From Vicugna vicugna (Eukaryota), in assembly GCA_013265495.1 (NCBI GenBank), contig MU061578.1, positions 3,731,308 to 3,791,307 of the forward strand: a stretch of 60,000 nt of DNA. Reading direction: 5' to 3'. The translations under genes and the position numbers were made by a program. How positions within the stretch are numbered: the stretch's first letter is position 1; the number at the start of each line of letters is the position of its first letter. The notes below the pieces were generated by a model that made no database searches, was not told the origin of the DNA, and was given only the letters and a program-made list of their open reading frames with translations. This document shows, in pieces, positions 1 to 11,974 of this stretch.

Positions 1-2490
1 GCCCACCCATGGCACAAGACCCTTCTCAGAGTCCCAGCCACTCCTCTGTAAGGTGGGGCCAGCTGCCCTTGGGAGTCCCTCAGCCAGCACTCCTGTGCTG
101 TGTGTCCTAGTTGGAAGCAGCTATCTGTCCTTGGAGGGTGTGCTGGTGGTAGGCCCCAAGGGACAGAGACAAAGTGCTGGGTGGGGCAGAGAGTCAGTGC
201 CCAGTGCTGGTTCAGGGGGCAGAAAAGGGGTTCCCCAGGTTGGCCTCTGGTTTGAAGTCTCAGTCTCTTTTTTCTGTGGCCATGGACGGCCCAGGAAATA
301 GGCAGCCAGGCCAGGTGGAGCAGAGCCAGACACCTGCTAGAAACACCCCAGGCAGGGGGGAGACCCCTTGACAAATGTTCACAACTGGCCTGGACCACTC
401 TGGGCACCCCTCTCTTGGAATTGGAGTGGACAGTGGGGACAGGCTCACAGGTCAGGGGTATTGGGGTCTCGAGGGAAGGGAGCAGCATAGGGCAGGGCCC
501 GGCTGAGTCTGGGCAGGGGTTGGGGGGTGGGTTCCCTGGGCTACTCACTGCTGCCCACTCGGGTGGCTGGGAGTAATGACACACCCTGCCCCAGGGACCT
601 TCGACGAAGCACCTGTTCTGGTCTGCATGGCTGGCCCTGCAGTGTCGGTGGGTGTGACCACAAGGCAGGGCCCATTCTTGGCTCTGCCCACAGGCTGGCC
701 ACAGGGGCCCTGGCCTCTGCTGCCACAGGCCTGAGCACCCCGGATGCCAGTCCCGGCCCAGGGTAACCCCAAAGCTGAGCAGATGAGGATGAGGTGCCCC
801 TGGTACCTCTGGGACCTGCCCTTGGCAGGCTAGGCTGGGCCATAGGGGGCACACCTGCTCCAGGGTGGGGGTGGGGGGCTTCCGGGCCTGCAGCTGTTGG
901 TCCTTAGGACAGACATGGCCTCCCCAGCAACAGCTGGGCCGGAGGCTAGAGAGCCAGGAGAGCCCAGAGCCCAGGCTGCTCCCGCCCAGGGATCGGTTAC
1001 GGTGGCTGCAGATGCTTGGGGGAGGACAGGGAAAGGCGAAGAAGGGGTGGTGAAGGGGGGCGGGAAGAGAGCACAGGGCTGACCTCCGACAATCCCCCCA
1101 TCCCCCACACTCCCCTGGGTGGGAGGCCTCATGTACATGACCACCCAACCCCCACAGCCCAAGAGTCCTGCTGTTCACAGGGAACTGCCTCTTGGTCTCC
1201 CTTGGTCTGGGTCTGATTCTCTGTTCAGTGGCAGACCCCAGCCTCAGATGCAGGAAAACTGCCTCCCATTAACTAACCCCCTGGGCAATGCATAGCAACA
1301 CCCAGAAGCGGCCCCCATCCCCACCAAGGATGATGGCCACACACCAGCATCCTGGGGCTGAGTGAATCTGGGGAGGTCAGGAGGCAAGATGCAAGATGTG
1401 CAGCCTTGGTGAGAGACATCCCAGGGGGTGGGGGCCAGGAGGGGGCTTCCCTGTGTGGGCACAGCTGGGCCCCATGGCATAAAGCAGGAGTCAGCAGGGC
1501 CAGTGTGGTGAAGCGCTGATCACCATCTCGTAAGTCACTTCCATGGGTGCCTGTCTTGCTTCCCACAGTCTGAGATTTAGGGAGTCAGGGCAGCACCCCA
1601 CTCTGAGCAGGGGGCTTCACCCCAGATGTCAAGCACCGGCCAACAGGCTCCCGACGGGGCTGGACGCTTCTCTCCCAGCCATGCTGGCCCTGAGGTCCCT
1701 GTCATGACCATGGGCCAGGGCCTCCCACTTGCCGCTGGGCCACAGAGGGACGATGCCTCAGACTCCTTCCTTCTGGTCCAGGTGGCGAGGTGGTCAGACT
1801 CTTGCTCCAATGTCTCTATTACTTTTTTTGTTGAAAAGTGGGTCTGCAGACCCCCAAGCTTCACTCCAGCAGTGGGGACATGTCTACCTCACCAAAGGCC
1901 CAGGGGTCTGCACAACCTGGCCTGCCTGGTGCCCCTGGCTTCTCTGGGCACTGGGGCTGTCTGCCTGCCTGCCTGGCTGCAGTCCCTGACAGCCAGTTCA
2001 GCAAAGGACAGGCCAACCGTTGAGGCCAAGGACTCCCTGGCCTGGCCAAGCAGGACCGGTTTTCGGGATTTGGGGATTTTGAACCAGCTGCTGTGGCAGG
2101 TGTGGACGGCCCGGCTGAGCAGAGTCCACTGGCCGCCGGGCAGGTTGCCAGCCAGCTGCTGGAGGGTGTGGGATGGCCGGGCTGGCCCCTTGCCCATACA
2201 GCAGAGCCAACAGAGGGTGAATGGGGCTGGGGGCAGCAGGAGGTGCCCGCGTGGTTCACCCCTGTCCCAACCAGAGTCTACAACCCAGCTTCTCTGGGCC
2301 CTGCAGTCAGCCAGGGTGGTTGGCTGGCTCTTGGTCTTAGCCTGAAACCCCAGGTTCTCAGTCCCACGTGGGAAATCCTCACCATCAATCAGGGAAGAGG
2401 CACAGCATGGACATCCCCTACCCTATTCCTCAGGTCTCAGCTGTGGCTAGACAGCTTCTGTTTTGTGTCTGGAGCGTTCGTGAGCCGCTC

Positions 2491-2580
2491 GCACCCCCTA
2501 GTGGCGAGTTCCAGCTTTGTTCCAAGTGATTCACAAAGGCTGATAGAAGCCCAGAGATCCAGGGAGCCACCAGGTGGCGC
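2491..2580. promoter_or_regulatory. Divergent pair of CTCF motifs (candidate insulator)
   Basis: GCACCCCCTAGTGG at 2491-2504 (reverse orientation) and CCACCAGGTGGCGC at 2567-2580 (forward). Both closely match the CTCF core CCASYAGRKGGCRS. Confidence 0.6.
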
Positions 2581-3495
2581 TGTACTGCGATCCACTGAAA
2601 GCATAGGATCAGAGAGGGGTTCTGAACTCTCTTGGTGGGGGCAGGTTTAGGGGACTGAGGTAGAGGAGGGGACCAAGAAGAGCTGCCTTGAATTGGGATC
2701 CTCAAATCAGACAAGGACCTTAATGCCAGCAGGAAGCCTACGGAAGGTGGAGGGCTTAGGTGTGGGTCCGAGGGCACCCTCGGGCCTTGGGGGCAGCTGT
2801 GTGGGGTGTTTGTGACTCCTGTCCCAGCAAATAGGTATGCCAGTCACCCAGGTGACTAGGCACTAGCTGTCCCTGTGTAGGAATCGTGAGCACTGCATGA
2901 GCACTGCAGCCTGGCCATGGACCAGTGGACACAGATCTTCAGGCAGATCCCTGAGGAGGGGGCATGTCACGCCTGTGCCCCCTCCTCTCCTGCTCTATCC
3001 ATGCCACCCACACTGTCCTGAGGCTTACAGCATTGATCCCCAAGAGAAGGGCTCCCCATGGAGGGCTGTCTGGCAGGGAGAGTCACTGAGGGAAGCACAG
3101 GGGAGGCACTGGGGAGGGGCCCCAGGGACCCCAGCACAGGCTGCAGGAGGTCTGGGGGACTGACTTGGGCCTGGGGACAGATCCTGGGGAGGCCCAGGGC
3201 AAGGCTCTCTTGGAAACTTCCAGTGGAGTGGACAAGAGAAGTAATTATGTCCCTTATGTTATTGAGTTGGACGTTGAGGCTCAGAGAGGTTGAGTGACCT
3301 GTTGAGGCCACACAGCTGACACAGCTGCTAGGAACAGTGCGGGGGTGTTGAGCACTGGGGGTGTTGGGGCAGCAGGAAGGACCCTGGGAACCCCAGGTCT
3401 GGTCACCCCTGCTCTCACCTCAGTAAGCACCAGCGCTGGAGAGCCGCAGTTGCTCAGCGGCTCCTCCTACCCCATTGCCGCAGAGCCCATGGGAT

Positions 3496-3509
3496 CCAGC
3501 AGGTGGCGC
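3496..3509 (+). promoter_or_regulatory. CTCF motif, forward
   Basis: CCAGCAGGTGGCGC matches the CTCF core consensus. Confidence 0.55.
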
Positions 3510-5573
3510 CAGAGGCCAGCTGTTGCATCAGGCCGCGTCTGCCTGTGACCCTCCCAGCGTCTTGTCCCTGGGTAGAGCCCAGCATGGGAAGGAAGGGTTA
3601 GCCCCATGGTGCAGGGTCCAGGCCTTGGCTCCCGTACCCATTCTGTGCAAGCATGGGGTCGGTTTCTCTTGGGGAGCGTGGAGTCAGGGGCTGCCTCCTC
3701 CCAGGAACCCAAGGGGGAGGGGAGGTGGGTCCTAGCCTCCTTGTTACTGTCCTTTCCCCATAAACTTTCCCTTCACTGCACCCCACTGGGGGGTCCTGGC
3801 AGGGAGCAAGGTGTTGGGAGGAAAGGGAGAGCTCCATGGGGTCTAGGAAAAGTGGAGGAAACATGGCAGGGGAACTGGGGGTCCCAGGAAGAGAACCCTT
3901 GGCGGGGAGCAGTGACAGGAGAGGACAAAAGGGCCTGAAAGCCCTCAGGAACAATTGAGAAAGGGTGGGGGGGGCTGGGGCCCTTGACCCCCTATGTCCG
4001 TACCTCCTCCCCTCCCCCTTCACTGTCCCACTTTAGCTCAGAGCTGGCCCCGCCCTCAGCCCATTTTCCTCCCAGCTGTGTTGAGAGCCTCTAATTTGTC
4101 CTTGCCTAATGCCTTAATTTGTCTTTTCAGCCAATTATCACAATGTCAATTTGATGCTCCGAAGACCTACGTGGAAGCACAGGCAGGGCCAGCCAGTTCT
4201 CAGCGGTTTTGAACATTTCCTGCTGAGGCCTGAGCCCTGCTGTCCTGGGAGGGGGTTCTCGTCAGGGCGCCCTGGCATTCGGGAGCGGTCACTGCAGGGC
4301 TGGGGGGCTTTATGCCTGTATCTCACCCAGCTGTCACAGCTGTGGGCACAAAGCCTGGGGGTTTCCTGATGTTTCCCCCTCCACCCCTCTCCCTGCCTCC
4401 ACACCCTTCCTCCCCCAAGTCAGCATCCAGGTTCCAGGTTAGGCCATCACATTTTGCTGGAGGCTTGGCCTGTGTCTTCACTGTGAAACCCTGGTTTTTT
4501 CTGCACCTCATTCCCTGTCTGGGTCTGGGGGATTCCGTCAGGCCTGCCCCGCAGCTCTTTTATTCTCTTTTGCCCACAGACAAGCTGCTATGCCAGCCAT
4601 CCCTTGAGGTACTTATAGCGGTAACCACACTTCCCGTCCTGAAGGTTCTGTTTGGTTGTTTCCCAAATCTGCTGTGCCTTTTTTCATGCTATTGTATTGG
4701 CTTTTACTTCCTCTTCTGTCTCTTTAATCACTTTATGCTTATTATAGGATCTCTTTTGAATTGTTCTGCTATTATTATTTCTAGTTCTTAAAGCGCCAGT
4801 ATGTCTGCTGCCTCCCCCTGTGCTGTGAGCTCATCTTCGTCAGGGATCATATCTTCCATGGAGCCCCTGCCCTGGGGTGGACACTGGGGACATTTGCCTT
4901 TGCTGGAGCCTGGGTGGTCTCTGTGCCCCAGAACAGCCCCTGCAGCCCTCATCCCCACCCCACCCCTACCGCTCGGTGTTGGTGGTGGTGCCCTGCTGAT
5001 GCCAAAGACCTCCAGTGAGAGAGAGGCAGTGGGCACCGTGGTACAGACACAAACCTCAGTGTCCGCGTTGGAGTTCAGCCCTGTTGCTTATCAGCTTCAT
5101 GGTTGTGGGCGGGGTGTGTGGAGGTGGTAGCCAGCACCTCCCTCATGGGTGCCGAGAGGACAAAACAGAGTAATCGTTGTCAGAGGCTTAGCTCAGTGAA
5201 TGCTGGTTCCCCTAGGCACTATTACTCCATTTTTCCAGCAGCCCCTCCCATCCAGGGCTGGATGGAACAGACTTGAAAGCCAGTCCCCAGTATCTGCCTC
5301 ATGGCGAGGCCAGAAGGTGGTGAACTGTGGGCCTTCCCAATGAGTTGACGGCTACTGACAGCCACACAGCTCAGCCCACCGGGACGGGGTTGAAAATACC
5401 TGCGGCTTTTTGCTCAGTGATCGGACAGTGTCCTCACAGGGCAGGGCAGGGCAGCGTCCCGGTAGCAGCTTCCAGTCTCACTACCTGGGGATTGGAGGGC
5501 AGGGTGACCCTTGGCCGGCAACACTGGTGGCCCCTTCTCGGTGGGCAGGATGCCCTCCCCAGCCTGAGTGCCT

Positions 5574-5611
5574 GAGACAGGGGAGGTTTCCAGAGACAGG
5601 GGAGGTTTCCA
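5574..5611. repeat. Perfect 19-bp tandem duplication
   Basis: GAGACAGGGGAGGTTTCCA at 5574-5592 and again at 5593-5611. Confidence 0.9.
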
Positions 5612-6052
5612 AAGCCAGGGACAATGTGTGTGGTGGAGTGCATGGGTTTTACAGCCACCTCCATCCTCAGGCCAGTCCTGCTTGGTGGGCAGTGGGCCGC
5701 CAGCTCAGAGCTCAGGCCACTTCTGGTTGGCCACCCCTAATGAAGTTAGAGGTGGTGGCTCTTAAATGCCTTCAGGAAGCCGCTGAGAGCCACAGAGCCG
5801 TCACAGGGCCCCACTGAGGCCCAGAGTGGACTCCTGGTTACCCTCAGCCACTGCCTCTTTGCCTTGGGTCATTGGGGGTGGGTGGGCACAGGTCCTACCC
5901 TCCTCCTGGCGTTCCACATGGTCCCTTCATGGAGGTGGAGGAGGGCCCAGCACTAGGCCTGGGGAGGAGTTTGCTGACGAGCAGGACTGCCCAGTGGTCA
6001 CTGTAGCCAGAGGCCTGGGGCTAAATCCATCCCTGATGCTAGAAGCTGACAG

Positions 6053-6470
6053 TATGCGTTGAATCATCGAATCGTGTCTCCCTAAAAGATAAGTCTCAGT
6101 CCTCTCTCCCAGTAACTGCAAGTGTGACATTATATGGAAGTTGGGTCCTGGCAGATGTGACTGAAGTACGTGGAGGCTGTATCGGGTGAGGGTGGGCCCC
6201 CATCCAGTGACTATCGTCCTGGTTAGAGGAGGGAAACTTGGACACAGACATGCAGGGAGATGGCCGTGTGACCAGAGGTAGAGATGGGGGTAAAGGAGGA
6301 CTAAAGAGGTGGGTGACACCAGCGCCAGGACAGTGCAGGGGGTCCCCAGAGCCTGCAGAGGGAGCACGCCCTGCCTGCACCTTGAGTTTGACCTCCAGTC
6401 TCCAGACTGAGAATCCGTTCCCATTGTGTTAGCCCTCACATGTGGTCCTTTGTTGCAGCAGTCCTGGAAT
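6053..6470 (+). mobile_element. MaLR LTR, MLT1-like (boundaries approximate)
   Basis: MLT1-type segments: ttgaat..gtgtctccctaaaagata, gtgacattatatggaa, gcagatgtga, cctgcaccttgagtttgacctccag, tgtggtcctttgttgcagcagtcctggaa. Confidence 0.7.
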
Positions 6471-8317
6471 GTAAGGCCCTGGACTGTGGTCAGTGCTTCA
6501 CCCTCAGGACCTAAGTTGCCTCATCTCGTCCTTTGCCACAGGGGTGACTGACTTTCGGGAATGGCACTAGGATCCAGAGCCCAGCAGGTGCCTTGTGAAT
6601 TCTGGTTTCAGCCCTGGTAGTCCTGCCTCACATGGGTGCCCCCCACACCAGCCACCTGAGACATCACGAGGCAGCTGGACACTCTGGCCCTGGCCACTGC
6701 CACTGGGGCCTAGTCACAGCTCCAATTCTGATTGAATCAGGCCCAATTTAGTCACCATTTAGGGGGCTGTGGCCTCGGCACGGGGAGCTAAATGGTGGTT
6801 CAGGACTGCTGGGCACAGAACTGGTTCCACGGCCAGGGTTGCCGGCCACCGGGCACCTGCACCGTCGGTGGGCACTTCCTGCAGCCCGTCTGTTCTAGGG
6901 CCTGGCTCTAGGTCATCTGAGTGGGGCTTGGAGGTGGGACATGTTTGTGGCCTCCCTCAGCCCCTGCGATGTGAACCTCAGTCCACACGGCAGTGTCCCC
7001 ATGATGTGATCTTCGATGCTGCAGCCATTCCTTCCCTAGGAAGCCTCAGTCTTCTGCTTGGACGAGGTCCGCCCACCTGAGGGAGGTCTGTCCTTACTTA
7101 AAGCCACCCAGTGGCAGATGTAAAGCACCCACTGTGTGTGTGACTGAGCAGCTGGGTAGAGCCTCGCCAAGTGGGCCCAGAAAACTTTTCATCACAGTTG
7201 GTACCATTAATTTTTATTATTTTTATTGCCCAGCTCTTACAGACAAGGAAGCAGCAGAGAGGTGACCACTGCCCTGTATCCACAGCTGGTCAGGGCAGAG
7301 CCAGGGTCCCTCAGCTGCCACCTTACCCGGGCCACCCCAGGGAGGCAAGACTGCCTGGTCAGGTGTCAGAGAAAACACAAGGCCAAGGCCAGGCCCCAGA
7401 CGCACTGGGAGGCTTGGCGGATGTCGTGGCTGGAGTTTGCTGATGGCGTCTGTGATTTGGGGCAATAACAGTTTTTCTCTTGAAAAAAAAATCAGAAGTT
7501 CTGGTGATGCCGGGCCTGTGTTCTTGAATGGTTACCATCAGCTGGAGCTGAGAGGGGACCCTGGCTTAGACAGTGGCTCACAGGTGGCCCAGCCCCACCC
7601 CTGACACGGGTGCTGTCCCTCATCCAAGTTCCCGGCCAGCCCCTGAGGACGAGGCGTTTGGGAGTGCGGCAGTTGCTCCTCTGCTGGGGGCTCAGATGCT
7701 GTGATGTGGTGGGGTGGGGCTCCATCCCCTAAATCCCAGCACCCTAATTTGCCGCTAAAACAGAGCAATGCGTGTTCTGTGTTTTCATGCTGACTTCTTC
7801 ATGACTCTGTCTCTGATGGTGAATTCTGCCTCCAAATGCCCTTTGAGTCTCAGACGTAAACTGGAAACAAATAGGTTGATGAATCACTAAATTCTAACTT
7901 ATCAGAAAAGAGCACTCCTTTGGCATCTAATGAGCGAAATGGACATTTTAACTGATGTAAAAGCTGGTTGATGTGAACAAATCAAGGCAAATGCACTCCT
8001 TTTGATTTGCATCCGAGTAGGAAATTAAGAGACTCAAATGAACTTTGAATGTGCCAACATCAGAACATGTTAAGTGTGGAAACGCAAAATCCCACAAAAC
8101 TCTCGTATTTGTGGGGAGGGCGGGGAAGGTGTGCCTCTCCCTGCCTGGGGAATGCAGCCCTTCCTCCCCCGGGGGGAGCTGGGGCCACAGAGGACATCCG
8201 ACCACAACCAGCAAAGTTTCTGAAGGGAAACCAGAGTCAAGGGGATAAGGCCAAGACGAGGGTCTCCGGGGGTTATCAGGGAGAAAGATAGGGAATCTGT
8301 AAGGGTTGATCCTGTCC

Positions 8318-8705
8318 AGTGTCCTGGGACCACCAAAATCTGGTGACTCGGAGCAACAGAAGTTCATTCCCTCACAGTCAGGCCAGAAGTCCAAGGTCAA
8401 GTTGTAGGCAAGGCCATGTTCCCCTCTCAGGCTCCAGGGGAGGATCCTTCCTGCCTCTTTCAGCTTCTGGGACCCTAGGCAATCCTCGGCTGTGGTCACA
8501 TCCCTCCCGCCTCTGCCTCTGTCTTCACCTGGTGTCTCCTCTGTGCCTGTGTCTCTCATAAGGATTTAGGGCCACCCTCATCAAGATGATTTCATCTCAA
8601 GATCCTTCATTTAATTACATCTGTAAAGACCTCATTTCCAATTAAGGTCACATTCTGAGGTTCTGGGTGGACATGTATTTTGGGGAGACACTGTTCAGCC
8701 TACTA
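8318..8705 (-). mobile_element. MaLR LTR, MLT1-like, reverse orientation (boundaries approximate)
   Basis: aacagaagttcattccctcacagt, ggccagaagtccaaggtcaag, ttaattacatctgtaaagacc, aaggtcacattctgaggttctggg, gacactgttcagcctacta. Confidence 0.75.
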
Positions 8706-9070
8706 TGGGCTCTTTGACACTTACGAGCCCATGATGGCCACAGAGCTTCATGGAGGAGGGCTTCCTGGAGGAGGTGGCAGGGCTCTGCTGCCCAGAGAGC
8801 TGACATATCTCCCCCTCAGATTCCAAGACCAGAGTTCTTTGGGCAAGACCTGTTTGGCCATCCAACACTAGCTGTGACCTCCGATGTTTGCCTGGCTCCG
8901 TACCTGATAAGGCCTGATAAGGGTGAGATGGGCCCAGGGCAGTTTCCAAACAATCTTGTTCTGGAAGGGTAGATTCCTGAACTGACCCCTGCCAGGCCAT
9001 GTGGGCAGTGAGAGGGCACTGTTTGGGGATTTGAGTGTTACATTTCCGGTCCCTAAAAGGACAGAGGACT

Positions 9071-9679
9071 GGGAGCAACCCAGATGTCCTTCAGTGGATG
9101 ATGGATAAATAAACTGTGGTCTATCCAAACAATGATATATTATTCAGAACTAAAACGAAGTGAGCTATTGAGCCCTGAAAAAACAGGGAGGTACCTTAAA
9201 TGCTCTTGACTAAGTGAAAAAAGCCAGTTTAAGATGGCTGCAGCTGGATGATTCCAAATACATGGCATGCTGGAAAAGGCAAAATTATGGAGACAGTTAA
9301 AGAATCAGTGGTTCCCAGGCGCTGAGGGGGAGGAAAGGATGAACAGACCGAGCACAGAGGATTTTTAGGGCAGTGAAACTATTCTGTATGATTATGTGAT
9401 GGTGAATACATATCTGTATACATTTGTCCAAGCCCATAGAATGTACAGCAAAGAGAGTGAACCTTAATGTAAGCTATGGACGTTAGTTAATAATGATGTG
9501 TCAGTATTATCAATCATTGTGATACTCATTGTAAAAAATGTATCACAAATGCAACACCGATAATAGAGGAAATTGTGTGCAGGGGGAGAGCGGTATATGT
9601 GAACTCTCTGTACTATTTGCTCCCGTTTCTGTAAACAAAAACTACCCTAAAAGTGCATTAATTAAAAAAAAAAAAAAAA
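9071..9679 (+). mobile_element. Old L1 (L1M-type) 3' fragment with poly(A) tail
   Basis: caacccagatgtccttcagtggatgatggataaataaactgtggtctatcc is typical L1 3' sequence. The segment is AT-rich and ends in ATTAAA with an A16 run at 9664-9679. Confidence 0.8.
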
Positions 9680-10386
9680 GGCAAAGAGCCAGTTCCTGGG
9701 TTTCGGGCTGCAACCAGGCCACAACAGGCTGGTCAGAGAGGTTCAGGTGGGAGCCCCCAGTCCCTAGGACTCTCTGTCAGGTACCCTGTCCCCCTGGGGC
9801 CCCTCCAGGGTGTGTGTGTCACCCTGTCCTGGATCCGGGATGTGCAGATCATCACTGCCCCAGGTGCCCCACGTCACTCTCGCAATCCTCTGGGTTGACT
9901 GCATTGTGGCCACTGATGTTACATCACACTTGATGGGAGACCTGCAGGCCGGCTCCACAGTGTCCCTGAGGGCACTGTGGGGAGATTAACTTCAGCCCAG
10001 GCTGCAGAGAGGCTCCAGGTGCTGGCCGCCCATCGTGGTTTTTGCAGACACAGTGGTCCTGCCTCCTCTCGGCTCTGGGGACTGAGGCCATCATCTTGGC
10101 CTAGAAGAGTGGTCACTCCTGGCCCAGCATCTCCTTCCAGCTAAACCCAGGCTCTGAGTAAGGCAGTGACTTCATAGCTCTGGTCACTGGGCATTGAGAA
10201 CATAGTGCAGGGAGGAAGGCACCACAGGTGACTGGTGTCCGCTGGCGCAGGCCTTCCCTGGTTGGGGTCTGCCCACCAGCTTTGTGGGGCACTGGGTTTG
10301 CGGGGCCGGTGCAGTGGATGGGGCGTATGCAGCCTGCTCTGGGGCTGAATCTGTCCCTCTGCTATCTGAGTTTGCAGGGCTCACTC

Positions 10387-10507
10387 TTTTTTGGGGGGAG
10401 GAGGTAATTAGGTTTATTTATTTTTAATGGAGACACCAGGGATTGAACCCACGACCTCATGCATGCTAAGTGCAAGCTCTACTACTGAGCTGTATCCACC
10501 CCCACCC
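10387..10507 (-). mobile_element. tRNA-derived SINE, camelid vic-1-like
   Basis: The minus strand has an A-box-like CAGCTCAGTAGTAGAGC, B box GGTTCAATCCC, tail TAAATAAACCTAATTACCTCC and a short poly(A). Flanking target-site duplication GGGCTCACTCTT (10377-10388) / GGGCTCGCTCTT (10509-10520). Confidence 0.8.
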
Positions 10508-11221
10508 TGGGCTCGCTCTTGCTAAACACCTCTTCTTTGTGCCAAGGGCCTGCACAGTGCCGGGCAGGGGCCAGGCAGGAGTACGAGTCAGTCTCCTCTC
10601 CCTTCTTGGTGGTCCCTCCTGTCTGTGCTCGGTTCCCTCCTCCCTCCCGTCTTCCCTGGATGAACAGACCTGGAGCAAGATGAGAACACAGGGCCTATGT
10701 TCAAAAATCAGGGGAGAAGTTCTATCAATGGTCCTAACACAGAAGATGTTTTCCTTTCCTCTGCAGTCTCTGCCAGTTTGTCTTGGTGTTTTCGTTTGGT
10801 TGTTTAATGTTGTTTGAAGTGGGGAAAAGTTTTTAAATTTAAATTATGAACGTGAATTCTACCGTTCATCTCCGTATCGTGTGATGTCCATTGTAAGTGC
10901 AGCTGTAAGACTCTTCAGGGAAACCACCCAAATTGCCAGTTCGTACTTCATGGTGAGTCTGCGCACATGCATTTGGTTGTTATCGGATTAGTGGAAACAG
11001 CAACCCGAGATTCAGGCAGCTCTTCTGATTTTGCTCCTGGATCTTCACGTTCTGCAGCCCTCTGCCTCTGTGACCCCCGAGATGGGACGGAGGTGAGGCC
11101 TAGGTGCTTTCTCTTCCCTTTCCTTCTGTGTCATCATTTCAGTATAGCAGGGTGTCTCGTAGGGAAGAAACATGGGTGAGGAAGGATGTGATGGGGTCCC
11201 TGCCTGCATGGGTTCTCAGGA

Positions 11222-11868
11222 TGATACAGGAAAATGAATGTGGGGCAAGAGGATGGCCATGTTCCAGGCCTCGGTTGAGTCCCTGGGACGTGCCCTGTCG
11301 AGTGTGGGTCCTTGATTTCGTGCAGGAAAGAATTCAAGAGCAAGCCACAGCTGAGTAAAAATAGGTTTATTCAGAGAGATACCTACTCCATAGACAGTGC
11401 AGGCTGTTTCGGAAGGCAAGTGAAAGGCCAGGAGGTATGAGGGTCGAGTGCTCAGTAGATACACTCTCCACAGACAGAGTGCTGGAGGTCTTGGAAGGCA
11501 AGGGAGCGAGAGGCCACCAGGCGTGGTGTGGCTCATTTTTATGGGCTTGGTAGATTCACATGCTTACAAGAGGGAGGGTTGTTCCAACTACTTTTGGGGA
11601 AAGGGCTGAGAGTCCCAGGAATTGGGCCCCCACCCACTTTTTGACCTTATGGTTAGCCTGAGAACTGTCGTGGCCCCTGTGGGAGTACCATTCACCATGT
11701 TACTACTTTGCAATGAGCGTATAATGAAGCTCAAGGTCTCCTTGAAGTCAAATCTCCCACCATCTTGGGCCTCAAGGCCTGTTGGGAGTTGAATTTTCTG
11801 CCACCTCGGTGTTAATTGCCGTGTTATTTCTTGAATGGCTGTGCCCTGCCCCCTTCCTTCCTGTCTCA
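11222..11868 (-). mobile_element. Complete solo LTR of an ERV1-class retrovirus, MER41-like
   Basis: TG...CA termini with an 11-bp inverted repeat (TGATACAGGAA / TTCCTGTCTCA, one mismatch). 4-bp TSD AGGA at 11218-11221 and 11869-11872. Minus-strand TATA-like CCCATAAAAA (11536-11545) is followed by AATAAA (11366-11371). The family assignment is from recalled similarity only. Confidence 0.8.
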
Positions 11869-11974
11869 AGGACATTGGTGCCTTCATTCTGGTTCCAACA
11901 GAAGGCAGGGACCCTCCGCTGTCAGCTGCCTCCCCCATCAGCTGCCTCCCCCTCACCTGCGCTCACCCAGGGTA

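Noticed and set aside
1626..2345. 239-aa ATG ORF; similar long ORFs at 13812-14672 and 55876-56739
   Set aside because: No recognisable domain, codon bias or exon structure. Such lengths are plausible by chance at this GC content.
10440..10500. tRNA gene-like A/B boxes (also near 22520-22585)
   Set aside because: Part of SINEs with a tail, poly(A) and TSD. Not tRNA genes.
11922..11952. Short tandem duplications (here; also near 29974, 33950 and 58785)
   Set aside because: Ordinary slippage repeats with no spacer structure, so not CRISPR-like or otherwise array-like.
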